Assembly (NCBI GenBank): GCA_964450375.1
Contig: CAYVEW010000001.1
Location: 9,512 to 73,511, forward strand
DNA length: 64,000 nt
Direction of reading: 5' to 3'
Source of the DNA: an uncultured Bacteroidales bacterium
Lineage (GTDB): Bacteria; Bacteroidota; Bacteroidia; Bacteroidales; UBA12077
Shown here: positions 1-11,283 of the stretch, one piece after another
How positions within the stretch are numbered: position 1 is the first letter of the stretch
How the letters are laid out: each line of letters begins with the position of its first letter
The notes under the pieces: model-generated
What the model was told of the DNA's origin: nothing
Databases searched by the model: none
What the model saw: the letters and a program-made list of their open reading frames with translations, nothing else
Position numbers and translations under genes: made by a program

Positions 1-354
1 ATACTCTACAAGTTTTTCTTCGGAACCCAGCTGTCGGATAAAATACATTAATCTTCGTTCCAATTCAGAATCAATCCTTGTGTATCCAACTTCAATACTA
101 TCTAATTCTGCCTGAATAAGCAGCAATTTCTGAAATAACAACTCTTCAAGCATCTGACATTTTAAATCCTTATCGCTACGATAACCCTGAGCCATCATTT
201 GAAGTGCCTGATTTTCAATATCCGATTGTAAAATTATTTTATCTCCTACTGTTGCAACGATTCGATCCACCATTAACTCGTTCTGCGAAAAAGTCAGTTG
301 CGATATAATTAGAAAAGCTATTATCGTTGAAAATTTTATTAATCCAAGTCTCAT
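1..354 (-). CDS. SurA-like periplasmic chaperone / peptidyl-prolyl isomerase, N-terminal part only (gene runs off the left window edge)
   Basis: Own translation of the minus strand from the ATG at 354 stays open to position 1: MRLGLIKFSTIIAFLIISQLTFSQNELMVDRIVATVGDKIILQSDIENQALQMM... It shows a signal peptide followed by a SurA N-terminal-domain-like pattern. It is absent from the ORF track because it is truncated. Confidence 0.6.
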   Translation of the reverse strand, partial: MRLGLIKFSTIIAFLIISQLTFSQNELMVDRIVATVGDKIILQSDIENQALQMMAQGYRSDKDLKCQMLEELLFQKLLLIQAELDSIEVGYTRIDSELERRLMYFIRQLGSEEKLVEY

Positions 355-365
355 TTTATGTTTTT

Positions 366-1205
366 TTAATAGATTACAAATTGATTATGATTTAGAGCAT
401 CATTATAAACCGAATTTTCCAGTTCTTCGATAAATGTAAATTTTCGTTTATTTAGAATAATACTCTTTATTTTTTCCTTAGCGTACTCCAAAGGTTGTAT
501 GGTACTTTTTAACTTATACTCATTTATTTTTACAAAATAATGAAACAAATCATCTTCTGTTTCAATGTATTTCTGATACCTTAAAAAACGTTCCTGATCT
601 TCAATATTTGTTGGCAACTCTTTTAACAAATTATTAAACGGGAGCCACTCATCATTAAAATTATCGAATTTTGTGGCATACTGATAACAATAATCTTCTA
701 AACGGGTTTTGTTTTCTTCTGAGTTAGATTTGTACCACCATCTCACTTTTTCAATTTCGGGAGCTTCTTTCGAAATTTTCAAATATAAAACCTTTACGAT
801 GTTATGATTTAAGATAAAATTTCCTGAATACTCATTATAGTATTCCTCTACTTCCTGATCGGTAACAATAGTGTCTAACTTTTGGTTAATCAGCTCTTGC
901 TTGTATTTAAAAATTAATAAAGATGATCTGTAATCTTCAATTTGCCGTTCAATTTCTTTATTATCTATTGATAAATTAAGTTCGGCCTTTTCTAACAATA
1001 ACTGTCTTTTTACCCAATCGTTAATATAATTACGAACAATAACCACACTATCATCTTTCGATAAATTGTTTGTAAAGAGATTTTCAATATCGGATTTATA
1101 TAGATATTTATCGTGAACTTTAGCAATTGGTACTTTTTGCTCATCATTTAACACAGGTTTACATGCTACAATAAACACAAGTCCGATGAATAATAAATTT
1201 CTCAT
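366..1205 (-). CDS. Lipoprotein with SurA_N-like chaperone features; no parvulin domain evident
   Basis: 279-aa ORF with a lipobox-like N-terminus (LVFIVAC). The protein is helical and K/E-rich. It lies between two SurA/parvulin-type genes on the same strand. Confidence 0.5.
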   Translation of the reverse strand: MRNLLFIGLVFIVACKPVLNDEQKVPIAKVHDKYLYKSDIENLFTNNLSKDDSVVIVRNYINDWVKRQLLLEKAELNLSIDNKEIERQIEDYRSSLLIFKYKQELINQKLDTIVTDQEVEEYYNEYSGNFILNHNIVKVLYLKISKEAPEIEKVRWWYKSNSEENKTRLEDYCYQYATKFDNFNDEWLPFNNLLKELPTNIEDQERFLRYQKYIETEDDLFHYFVKINEYKLKSTIQPLEYAKEKIKSIILNKRKFTFIEELENSVYNDALNHNQFVIY

Positions 1206-1211
1206 TATAGT

Positions 1212-3143
1212 TTATTTTATAGATGATAAAACCGCTTGATTAACCTGAATATTGTACTTCTCACGTAATTTTTTTATCCATTCTTTTTCGAGGTAATCCT
1301 GATAATCTGAAATAACTGAACCCCGGGCATCTTCAAATGATTTAGGAGTTGATTTGAGTATTTCTCCTTTTGTTAAAAGCAATGAAGTATTCGCGTTACC
1401 TTTATTCCAAACGATCTTGTCGATATATTTATTTTCTCCTTTACTGAAAGTGGCTGTGGTAATCTTTAAATTTTCTGTTTCATCATTAAATTGCTTCAAT
1501 AAATCATTGTTGGTGATTTTTCTTCCAAACTTTCTTTTGGAGATAATCTTTTCTACCTTATCACAAACATTTTTATCTGTACACTCATATATGGACCCTT
1601 TCCATCGCTCGTCCCACATGTATTTTCTTCTGTTTTGTTTGTAATATTCTTTTAACCCAACCGAATCGCTTACAGCCTTCGACCATACCATATCATCTGT
1701 TATTTCAAACAAAAGCATTCCATCATGATATTCTTTAAGGAGGTATTTGTACTCTGCATATTTATCTTCCAATATCGACTCCTCCACTTCCAAAATTTTA
1801 TCGTCAATAAACACCTTATAAAATTCACTGTACTGATATGGGGTTAACTCATTAACTGCTTTTTGCTTATTAATAAAGTTCACAAAATCCTTTTGCATAT
1901 ACACTTTATCTAAAAAAGTAAAAAGTGTATCCTTTAAAACGGCAACAGGGTTTATATACTCATGCTTTAGCACATAGTCCTTGGCAAGGGTATCATAAAC
2001 GGCAGGAATATTCTCTGTTTTTTCTTTAAAATTGTATTCCTTCTTAAGTTTTTCAATTAAAGCATTTCGGGCAACTTCAGAGCGTCTGTCTTTACCAACT
2101 TTTTGTTTAATTTCTGATTTTGCATCTTTGAAATCCGGGATTTCTTTTTTGTCTAACAGCTTAATTATGTGCCAGCCAAAACCAGTTCGTACCGGCTGAG
2201 AAACCTCTCCAATGGATGAAAGAGCAAAAGCTGCATCTTCAAATTCCTTAACCATACGGCCTGTGCTAAACCATGGTAATTCGCCTCCCTTGCGAGCCGA
2301 ACCTCGATCTTCTGAATACTCTTTAGCTAATTCAGCAAAGTCTTCGCCCTGTTTTATCCTGTGATATAGCTCATTGATTAAAACCTTATTTTGTTTTTCT
2401 TCTTCCTTCGAATAATCGCGTGGCACAGTAAGCATAATGTGAGCAACTTTTACTTCGCCGCGTGCCTTTCGTTTATCGGTTACCTGAATTATATGATATC
2501 CGTAACGTGTGCGAACCGGCATAGAAATTTCACCAACTTTCGTATGATATACGGCACTTTCGAACGGGTAAATCATTTGAAAAACAGTAAAATAGCCTAA
2601 GTCGCCACCATTATTTTTAACCGAAGGATCATCGGAACTACCTTTTGCAACCACTTCGAAAGCTTCTCCCTGTAGAATCCTGCGTCGGATTTCCATTGCC
2701 TTTTCATAAGCCTGAGCAGTATCTTCAGGAAGTGCATCTTGTTCCACTTCAACTAAAATATGACTGGCACGAACTTCTGTTTGCATTCGCTCATATGCTT
2801 CTTTAATGATTTCTTCATTTTTTTGATTATCCAGCAAATAAGGCCTTGCCAGTTGTTTTTTATACCCTTCGAACTCTTTAACAAAAGATGGCAATGTATC
2901 GTAACCCAACTTTTCTGCTTCTATAACCTTCAATTTAAAATTTACGAAAAGATCTAAATAGTCATCAACAGATGTAATATCGCCCGTTGATAAGTTGGTC
3001 TTATTTTTTTCGTATATTCTTACAAATTCATCTTTTAAAATCTCATGGTCGTTTATTGTAAGTAATACTTCTTCTGTTTGTGCAAGTAATAAACTACTTG
3101 TAAGAATCAACACAGAACAAAATAAAATACTTAGCTTTTTCAT
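1212..3143 (-). CDS. Peptidyl-prolyl cis-trans isomerase, parvulin (PpiC) type, two rotamase domains
   Basis: 643 aa with a signal peptide (LLLAQ). Two parvulin-like segments: 'RASHILV...GGDLGYF' and 'KVAHIML...GGELPWF...GWHIIK'. Confidence 0.85.
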   Translation of the reverse strand: MKKLSILFCSVLILTSSLLLAQTEEVLLTINDHEILKDEFVRIYEKNKTNLSTGDITSVDDYLDLFVNFKLKVIEAEKLGYDTLPSFVKEFEGYKKQLARPYLLDNQKNEEIIKEAYERMQTEVRASHILVEVEQDALPEDTAQAYEKAMEIRRRILQGEAFEVVAKGSSDDPSVKNNGGDLGYFTVFQMIYPFESAVYHTKVGEISMPVRTRYGYHIIQVTDKRKARGEVKVAHIMLTVPRDYSKEEEKQNKVLINELYHRIKQGEDFAELAKEYSEDRGSARKGGELPWFSTGRMVKEFEDAAFALSSIGEVSQPVRTGFGWHIIKLLDKKEIPDFKDAKSEIKQKVGKDRRSEVARNALIEKLKKEYNFKEKTENIPAVYDTLAKDYVLKHEYINPVAVLKDTLFTFLDKVYMQKDFVNFINKQKAVNELTPYQYSEFYKVFIDDKILEVEESILEDKYAEYKYLLKEYHDGMLLFEITDDMVWSKAVSDSVGLKEYYKQNRRKYMWDERWKGSIYECTDKNVCDKVEKIISKRKFGRKITNNDLLKQFNDETENLKITTATFSKGENKYIDKIVWNKGNANTSLLLTKGEILKSTPKSFEDARGSVISDYQDYLEKEWIKKLREKYNIQVNQAVLSSIK

Positions 3144-3174
3144 AAATTTAGATTTTATGTCAGTACTTTGGGTT

Positions 3175-4689
<1,515 letters not shown>

Positions 4690-4735
4690 TTACAAAAAAT
4701 TAGCAATATATCAGGCGAAAATCTGAGATAATCTA

Positions 4736-4779
4736 TACTTTTGGTTTTTTTAACATTTAATTGTAAGATCATATTTTTG
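4736..4779 (+). promoter_or_regulatory. Candidate Bacteroidetes-type promoter -7 boxes (TAnnTTTG) upstream of the helicase gene
   Basis: Two exact matches to TAnnTTTG: TACTTTTG at 4736-4743 and TATTTTTG at 4772-4779. They lie 50 and 15 nt upstream of the ATG at 4794. No clear -33 TTTG element. Confidence 0.3.
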
Positions 4780-4793
4780 TATATTCCATTTAA

Positions 4794-6704
4794 ATGAACA
4801 GATACGAGCAAATACTTGTAAAATACTGGGGGTATTCCAAATTTAGGCCATTGCAGGAGGATATTATCCGTTCGGTAATGGAAGGTAAAGATACTCTTGC
4901 TTTAATGCCAACCGGAGGCGGTAAATCAATCACTTTTCAGGTTCCTGCTTTGGCAAAGGACGGTATTTGTATTGTTATTACTCCGCTCATTGCTTTAATG
5001 AAAGATCAGGTTGAAAACCTGCAAAAAATTAATATTAAAGCCATCGCCATCTACTCCGGAATGACAAAAAATGAGATCGATATTGCTTTGGATAACTGCA
5101 TTTATGGCAATGTAAAATTTTTATATATATCACCTGAGCGTATTTCCACTGATATTTTTCAGGTTCGCGTAAAACATATGAATGTGAATCTGATTGCCAT
5201 TGACGAGGCTCACTGCATTTCGGAGTGGGGTTACGACTTTCGCCCCTCGTACCTTCAAATTGCCCGTTTGCGAGAACTGGTCCCAAACGCTCCTTTTTTA
5301 GCATTAACAGCAACTGCAATTCCAAAAGTAGTTGATGATATTCAGGATAAACTCCTTTTTACTGAAAAAAATGTTTTTCGGAAAAGTTTCGAACGAAAAA
5401 ACATCATTTATCTGGTGCGTGAAGTTGAAGATAAACAAAGATACCTGATTGATACAATAAAAAAAGTTAAAGGCAGTGGAATTATTTATGTAAGAAATCG
5501 AAAGAAAACACGCGAAACGGCCTTGTATCTTATAAAAGAAAAAATATCAGCCGACTACTATCATGCAGGCTTGCAGCACGAAGCCAGAAGTCAAAAACAA
5601 AATAACTGGAAATCAGGCAAAACAAGGGTAATGGTTGCCACGAATGCTTTTGGAATGGGAATCGACAAATCGGATGTTCGCTTTGTGATTCACCTGGACT
5701 TACCCGATAACATAGAAGCCTATTTTCAGGAAGCAGGCCGTGGTGGACGTGATGAAAAAAAAGCCAGTGCTGTACTTTTATACAACAACTCCGATAAAGT
5801 TAAAGCAGAAAAAAGAATTGTTACCAGTTTTCCGGAGATTAAAGAAATTAAAGCCATTTATCAGGCTCTGTGCAATTATTTCCAGGTACCTTATGGCGGA
5901 GGAAAAGGTATGTCGTACGATTTTATTATTTCTGATTTTGCAAAAAATTACAATTTTAACCTTCTAACCATCCATAGCAGTTTAAAATTTCTTCAGCGCG
6001 AAGGTTATATTGAACTTACAGACGAATTATTCAGCAGTTCTAAAATTCACTTTTTAGTTGGCCGCGACGATTTATATAAATTCCAGATTGCCAATGCAAA
6101 ATTCGATGGTTTTATTAAATTAGTTCTTAGGTCGTATACCGGTTTATTCTCGGATTATGTGAATATTGATGAGAACTCCTTATCGAAAAAAGCAAGCGTA
6201 GATATTCAAAATGTTTACGACTATTTAAACAAGCTAAAAACCTTTGGTATTTTAAATTATATACCAAAAAAGAAAAATCCTTTCGTTGTTTTTACCGAAG
6301 AACGTTTAGACGATAAATCGCTTCATATTTCAAGAGAAAATTACAATTTTAGAAAAACACGCTACATGGAGCGATTGGAATCGATGCTCTACTATGCATC
6401 GTCAAATAATAAATGCCGAAGCCAGATATTACTGAGTTATTTTGGCGATAAAAATCCGCAACGATGTGGCCAGTGCGATGTTTGTACCCGCCGGAATGAA
6501 CTGGATTTAAGCAAATATGAATTCGATTTAATCCTTGATGAAATTAAAGAGAAACTGCAATTCAATCTGGTTTCGCTAGACGAATTAGTAACCGGCTTGC
6601 AAACCGACGAAGAAAAAAATCTTAAAGTAATTCGCTGGTTACTGGACAATGAAAAAATTATAAAAGATAAGGATGATTTATTAACCTGGAATCTGGAAAA
6701 CTAG
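4794..6704 (+). CDS. recQ: RecQ-family ATP-dependent DNA helicase
   Basis: 636 aa. Helicase motifs 'MPTGGGKS', 'DEAHCISEWGYDFRPSY', 'LTATA', 'VATNAFGMGIDKSDVRFVIH' and 'QEAGRGGRD', plus a C-terminal Cys cluster (CRSQ...CGQCDVC). Confidence 0.9.
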   Translation: MNRYEQILVKYWGYSKFRPLQEDIIRSVMEGKDTLALMPTGGGKSITFQVPALAKDGICIVITPLIALMKDQVENLQKINIKAIAIYSGMTKNEIDIALDNCIYGNVKFLYISPERISTDIFQVRVKHMNVNLIAIDEAHCISEWGYDFRPSYLQIARLRELVPNAPFLALTATAIPKVVDDIQDKLLFTEKNVFRKSFERKNIIYLVREVEDKQRYLIDTIKKVKGSGIIYVRNRKKTRETALYLIKEKISADYYHAGLQHEARSQKQNNWKSGKTRVMVATNAFGMGIDKSDVRFVIHLDLPDNIEAYFQEAGRGGRDEKKASAVLLYNNSDKVKAEKRIVTSFPEIKEIKAIYQALCNYFQVPYGGGKGMSYDFIISDFAKNYNFNLLTIHSSLKFLQREGYIELTDELFSSSKIHFLVGRDDLYKFQIANAKFDGFIKLVLRSYTGLFSDYVNIDENSLSKKASVDIQNVYDYLNKLKTFGILNYIPKKKNPFVVFTEERLDDKSLHISRENYNFRKTRYMERLESMLYYASSNNKCRSQILLSYFGDKNPQRCGQCDVCTRRNELDLSKYEFDLILDEIKEKLQFNLVSLDELVTGLQTDEEKNLKVIRWLLDNEKIIKDKDDLLTWNLEN

Positions 6705-6711
6705 TACTTTA

Positions 6712-7713
6712 TTATTCAATCTGAAAAATCATAATTCCATATTCCTTGCCATCTGCATAACTTGCAAATAAATGATCACTATATATTCTTAAGCTTTTAA
6801 AATCTTTGTTTTTATCAAGATATTCATGAATTTTTTGTGGCTTCTCGGGATCTTTTATATCAAATACCTCAATCGATTTATCGGATGCGATGTATAAATA
6901 ATTTCTATCGTTAATTACATCCTGCGCCCGGCCAGTGGTTTTTATTTCGTTCACTTTTAAAGGATAAGCCGGCAATCCCATATTTAACACGGTTAATCCT
7001 TTAAAATCATTTGCCAAATAAGCAGTAGAATTTCTGATTAGTAATTTATTTGCACTGCTTTCAACCAAATAGTCTTTTGGAAAATCAGCCTGTTTAAATG
7101 TAGTGAATGGATCGCTGAATTTAAATATTTTAAGTCCCCTGCTGCCTCCGCTTATAACAATGTACGGTGGAATAACTTCGATATTTTGTACCGAAAAGTC
7201 TTTCACATTATTTCTCGAAACCATTTTAATGTCATTCAGGTTCGTAAGGTCTACAATCTCAAGCCCCATTCCAACATAGCCAAGCAAAGCAAAATTTTCA
7301 TAAAGTTCGGTACAGTAAACATCCTGATAGCGATAATAAGTACCTATTACATATGGCATGCCGGGATCGGTAATATCCATAACTTTTAAGCCCAGCGGGC
7401 CAAATGATAAATACAGTCTGTTACCATTTACATTAACTTCATTTGCAATACCATACACTTTTTTTCGCGATCGTTTTTCATATTCTGTGTATACCTTTAT
7501 TTCTTTAATATCATTAATATCGGCAATATTTAAAATATGCAAACCACTTTCGCCCAAAGGGAGAAACAGGACGGTATCCTTTATATCGAAGTTCGATAAT
7601 TGTGCCGATCGATCTGATGCATGATATTCAGAAACAGGATAAATATATTGAGCATTTAACAGATTGAATCCCAACAATAATATTGCGAAAGAAAGTAATG
7701 CTTTTTTCATCAT
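6712..7713 (-). CDS. Secreted LVIVD-repeat (beta-propeller) protein
   Basis: 333 aa with a signal peptide (LLNAQ). Repeated 'GL+I/V.D/N I.D...P' units: GLHILNIADINDI, GLKVMDITDPGMP, GLEIVDLTNLNDI, GLKIFKFSDP, GLTVLNMGLPAYP, IEVFDIKDPEKP. Confidence 0.6.
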   Translation of the reverse strand: MMKKALLSFAILLLGFNLLNAQYIYPVSEYHASDRSAQLSNFDIKDTVLFLPLGESGLHILNIADINDIKEIKVYTEYEKRSRKKVYGIANEVNVNGNRLYLSFGPLGLKVMDITDPGMPYVIGTYYRYQDVYCTELYENFALLGYVGMGLEIVDLTNLNDIKMVSRNNVKDFSVQNIEVIPPYIVISGGSRGLKIFKFSDPFTTFKQADFPKDYLVESSANKLLIRNSTAYLANDFKGLTVLNMGLPAYPLKVNEIKTTGRAQDVINDRNYLYIASDKSIEVFDIKDPEKPQKIHEYLDKNKDFKSLRIYSDHLFASYADGKEYGIMIFQIE

Positions 7714-7759
7714 TTATTTTTTGAATACAAATTTAATAAAATACTTAAAAACAACCACA

Positions 7760-8944
7760 TCACTCAACATACACCACCAATCCCTTTAAATACTCGCTCT
7801 CCGGATGATAAACATTCACCGCATGATCGATAGGCTGACTTAACTGATGTAATATTCTAACGTTACGTCCGGTATTAGCCGCAGCAGTAAATATTGTTTT
7901 TCTGAAATTTTCTTTACTAACCACCTGCGAACACGAAAAGGTAAACAAAATACCCCCCGGTTTTATCTTTTCAATTGCTTTTGCATTTAAACGCTTATAA
8001 CCTTGCAATGCATTATGCAATACATTATGGTGCTTAGCAAAAGCCGGTGGATCGAGAATAATTATATCGTATTTATTATCTATATCATTTAAAAACTCAA
8101 ATGCATCAACGGCAAAAGCTTTATGTCTGCTGGTATCATCAAAATTTAATGCGATGTTTTCGTTGGTAAGCTCAATGGCTGATTTAGAGCTATCAACCGA
8201 ATGTACTTCTTTTGCACCGCCGCTCATTGCATAAACAGAAAATCCACCGGTATATCCAAAAACATTTAATACGGTACGGTCTTTTGAATAATGAGCCAAC
8301 AGTTTCCTGTTCTCTCGTTGATCGATAAAAAAACCGGTTTTTTGGCCTTCTTCCCAATTTACTTTGAATTTATTACCATATTCCAGAACAACTTTTTCCG
8401 ACTGATTTCCATACAAATAACCATTTTTTGCCTGGATTTCTGATTTAAAAGGAATGGTTGCTTCGCTTTTATCATAAACAGCCTTTAATTTATCGCCATA
8501 TATTTCTTTAAGTGCATCAATAAAAAGCTCGCGGTTTAAATACATTCCAATCGAATGCATCTGCAAAACAGCTGTACCGTTATAGTAATCAATAATTAAT
8601 CCGGGTAATCCGTCGCCTTCTGCATGCACTAGTCGGTATACATTATTATTCTCAGTTTCGGTTAATCCGAATTTCTTTCTGAATTCATAAGCTTTGTGAA
8701 TCTTTTCTTTCCAGAAATTCGAATCAATTTCCGTTTTATGAAACGATACAATTCGCACTGCGATGGACCCAATCTGGTAGTGTCCGATGGCTAAAAACTC
8801 ATCTTTATTATCGGTAACCATTACCAAATCTCCTTCGTTCACATTACCAATAATCTTTTTTATTGCCCCGGAAAATATCCAGGGATGATAACGCCTAACC
8901 GACTGATCTTTTCCAGATTTTAATATAACTTTCGTATAATCCAT
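7760..8944 (-). CDS. rlmI: Class I SAM-dependent rRNA (cytosine-C5) methyltransferase, RlmI-like
   Basis: 394 aa. PUA-like N-terminus ('HPWIFSGAI'), 'LNVFGYTGGFSVYA' SAM-binding motif and 'IILDPPAFAK' motif IV. Confidence 0.85.
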   Translation of the reverse strand: MDYTKVILKSGKDQSVRRYHPWIFSGAIKKIIGNVNEGDLVMVTDNKDEFLAIGHYQIGSIAVRIVSFHKTEIDSNFWKEKIHKAYEFRKKFGLTETENNNVYRLVHAEGDGLPGLIIDYYNGTAVLQMHSIGMYLNRELFIDALKEIYGDKLKAVYDKSEATIPFKSEIQAKNGYLYGNQSEKVVLEYGNKFKVNWEEGQKTGFFIDQRENRKLLAHYSKDRTVLNVFGYTGGFSVYAMSGGAKEVHSVDSSKSAIELTNENIALNFDDTSRHKAFAVDAFEFLNDIDNKYDIIILDPPAFAKHHNVLHNALQGYKRLNAKAIEKIKPGGILFTFSCSQVVSKENFRKTIFTAAANTGRNVRILHQLSQPIDHAVNVYHPESEYLKGLVVYVE

Positions 8945-8953
8945 GCTATGCTT

Positions 8954-9529
8954 TTATTTAATATTATTAAGCTTTTTATAAATTTTTAAACACACCCAGG
9001 CATCAGTTGCTGCATATACTTTCTGTGCTTCGGTTAATTCAGCCTTCTCCCAGTTCGTAACCTGCTGCGATTTTGAAATTCGTTTATTTAACACAATGGC
9101 CGTAATCTTTTTCAGGCTTTTGGCAGCAATTCCAAAATCCTCCACATAATCCTGCAAATCGACAAAACCATTTGGCTCAAAATTATTTATATCTTTTAAG
9201 ATTTTAATATCATCTTTAATCGCAAGCCCAACTTTTATGATATCAGGATTGGATAAAATATTTTTGATCTCGTCGGGTAAGCCCACCCGATTAATGCGTA
9301 TTAAGAATGCCTCGTTATTTGTAGAAATCTGTAAAAGCGATACCGGGTTAACTTTCCCCTTTTTAAAACTCGGTTTTGTTTCTGTATCGAATCCCAAAAC
9401 ACGCTGATTCTCCAGAAGTGGTAGATAATCGTCTAATTTTTCAAAAGTATCAATTAAAAAAATACCTCCACCGAATTGGTAAATGGGAAGTTCGTTTACT
9501 TCATTATTGGTTAAATTTTCTGCAAACAT
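8954..9529 (-). CDS. 3'-5' exonuclease domain protein (RNase D / DEDDy-like)
   Basis: 191 aa. 'LGFDTETKPSF' (ExoI), 'IIKVGLAIKDDIKIL' (ExoII-like), 'YAATDAWVCLKIY' (ExoIII, YxxxD). Confidence 0.85.
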   Translation of the reverse strand: MFAENLTNNEVNELPIYQFGGGIFLIDTFEKLDDYLPLLENQRVLGFDTETKPSFKKGKVNPVSLLQISTNNEAFLIRINRVGLPDEIKNILSNPDIIKVGLAIKDDIKILKDINNFEPNGFVDLQDYVEDFGIAAKSLKKITAIVLNKRISKSQQVTNWEKAELTEAQKVYAATDAWVCLKIYKKLNNIK

Positions 9530-9532
9530 TTG

Positions 9533-10180
9533 TTATTCCTCTTCTCTAAAATCATCTTGTCGTTTAGACAAAAACCAATTACTTGTATCCATATCCTTGT
9601 TTGTTTCTTCATCCTGTTCTTCATCGTCCAGATCGTCGCCACTAAAATATACCATATGAATTGCCTTAAGCGCACTCAAAAGCCTTTGGCCCCAGAACTC
9701 TTCAAAATTCATCTGGCATTCCCATAAGGCATCATTCATTATTTCTTCTGTTCCAATATTATATAAGCTAATGAAATTCTTCAGATCTTGATAAATATCC
9801 GCAATATTATCTGCTACAGAAGCAGTACTTTGCTCCAGCTGCTCATGAGTTAATGGATCAAAAACATCAGGGTATTCATCATGATATCCTAACTTACTTT
9901 TAACGGCATCATGAATAAAGTTCCAGTCTTCTTCAGAAACAAATTTCTCATTCTCATCATCAAAAATTGATTCCAGTCTTGGTAAAAATGAAGCTTTTAT
10001 ATAAAGCATGGGTAATAATTTTATGGCTTTACCCAGAAAATCCTTTTTACTAAAACGGTTAGTGTTTTCAACAAAAATACAAAACTCACTTAGCACTGTA
10101 ACAAAATCAGTAATATTCTGATTCGACAGCATATCACCATTGTTATTACTACTCATAACTTTTAACTTTTTATGCGGCAA
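9533..10180 (-). CDS. Acidic cytoplasmic protein, DUF5063-like; 3-nt gap to the downstream exonuclease gene
   Basis: 215-aa ORF, helical, with an acidic tail. My recollection is that DUF5063 genes neighbour this exonuclease in Bacteroidota. The family assignment was not verified. Confidence 0.55.
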   Translation of the reverse strand: MPHKKLKVMSSNNNGDMLSNQNITDFVTVLSEFCIFVENTNRFSKKDFLGKAIKLLPMLYIKASFLPRLESIFDDENEKFVSEEDWNFIHDAVKSKLGYHDEYPDVFDPLTHEQLEQSTASVADNIADIYQDLKNFISLYNIGTEEIMNDALWECQMNFEEFWGQRLLSALKAIHMVYFSGDDLDDEEQDEETNKDMDTSNWFLSKRQDDFREEE

Positions 10181-10240
10181 AGGTATAAAAGTTATTTTAA
10201 TAGTTGAATATTCTAATTTGCTGAAAAGTATTTTTGTTGC

Positions 10241-11005
10241 TTAACGTGTGAACACCCACTCTTTGTTGGTTGACAGCTGTTGATTAAATAAATAACCATC
10301 GGTATCAAATGCTTTTATATCTTCCGGATTTTCAATTCTGTTTTTAATTATAAAACGGCTCATTAAACCACGGGCTGTTTTAGCATAAACAGTAATTACT
10401 TTAAATGAGTTTCCTTTGATTTCCTTAAAAACGGGCGTTATTATATCGCCCTTAATTAATTTTGGTTTAATAACTTTGGAATATTCGTTCGATGCCAGGT
10501 TTATTAATACTTTCTGTTTATGTGCAGCTAGTTCGTTATTTATAGCTTCGGTAATTTTATTCCCCCAAAACTCGTACAAATTTTTTCCTTTCGGATTACT
10601 TAAATTTGTACCCATCTCTAATCGATACGCTTGCATTAAATCAAGTGGTTTTAAAATACCATATAAGCCTGATAAAATTCTTAAATGATTCTGAGCAAAA
10701 AACAAATCATCTTCTGTAAGAGATTTTGCTTCTAACCCTACGTAAACCTGCCCTTTAAAAGTTAATAAGGCTTGCTTCGAGTTTTTTAAGTTAAATGGCA
10801 TCGACCACGAAGCAAATCTTTCAAAATTTAAGGAAGCTATATCTTTATTTACTCTCATTAAAGATTCAATACCCGCAGGACTCAATTTCTGCAATTCTGC
10901 GATAAGCGTTTTAGAATCGTTTAAGAATACGGGTTGTGAAAATTGATTGGTTTGCGGTTTGGCTTTATAATCCAATGTTTTTGCCGGAGATAGAATTGCT
11001 ATCAT
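10241..11005 (-). CDS. yaaA: Peroxide stress protein YaaA (UPF0246)
   Basis: 254 aa. 'MIAILSPAKTLD' start, 'ERFASW' and 'YRLEMG' motifs typical of YaaA. Confidence 0.9.
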   Translation of the reverse strand: MIAILSPAKTLDYKAKPQTNQFSQPVFLNDSKTLIAELQKLSPAGIESLMRVNKDIASLNFERFASWSMPFNLKNSKQALLTFKGQVYVGLEAKSLTEDDLFFAQNHLRILSGLYGILKPLDLMQAYRLEMGTNLSNPKGKNLYEFWGNKITEAINNELAAHKQKVLINLASNEYSKVIKPKLIKGDIITPVFKEIKGNSFKVITVYAKTARGLMSRFIIKNRIENPEDIKAFDTDGYLFNQQLSTNKEWVFTR

Positions 11006-11080
11006 AATCTTTTCTGATTTTTTTGATTAATATACAAAATTATCGGCAAAATGTTTTATTTCCATGCCAGTTGATTCCAT

Positions 11081-11109
11081 GAAAAAAGCGGTGATTTTAT
11101 TTCACCGCT
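11081..11109 (-). terminator. Rho-independent terminator (minus strand)
   Basis: 8-bp stem AGCGGTGA (11087-11094) / TCACCGCT (11102-11109) with a 7-nt loop. The plus-strand A-run at 11082-11087 becomes a U-run on the minus strand. Confidence 0.65.
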
Positions 11110-11283
11110 CATAATAATTGCTACTGCATAAAAACAACAGTATCGTTATTTAGGTTAGGGTATTGAAAACTAAACAGTTTTTAATTGATGCTTGCTAATA
11201 TTTATAGATGGCAAGTTTTCTAAAAAGGTTGCGTTTAAATTTCAGATTAAACAAAAGGTCATTTAAAAAAAATTCGGAAGATA

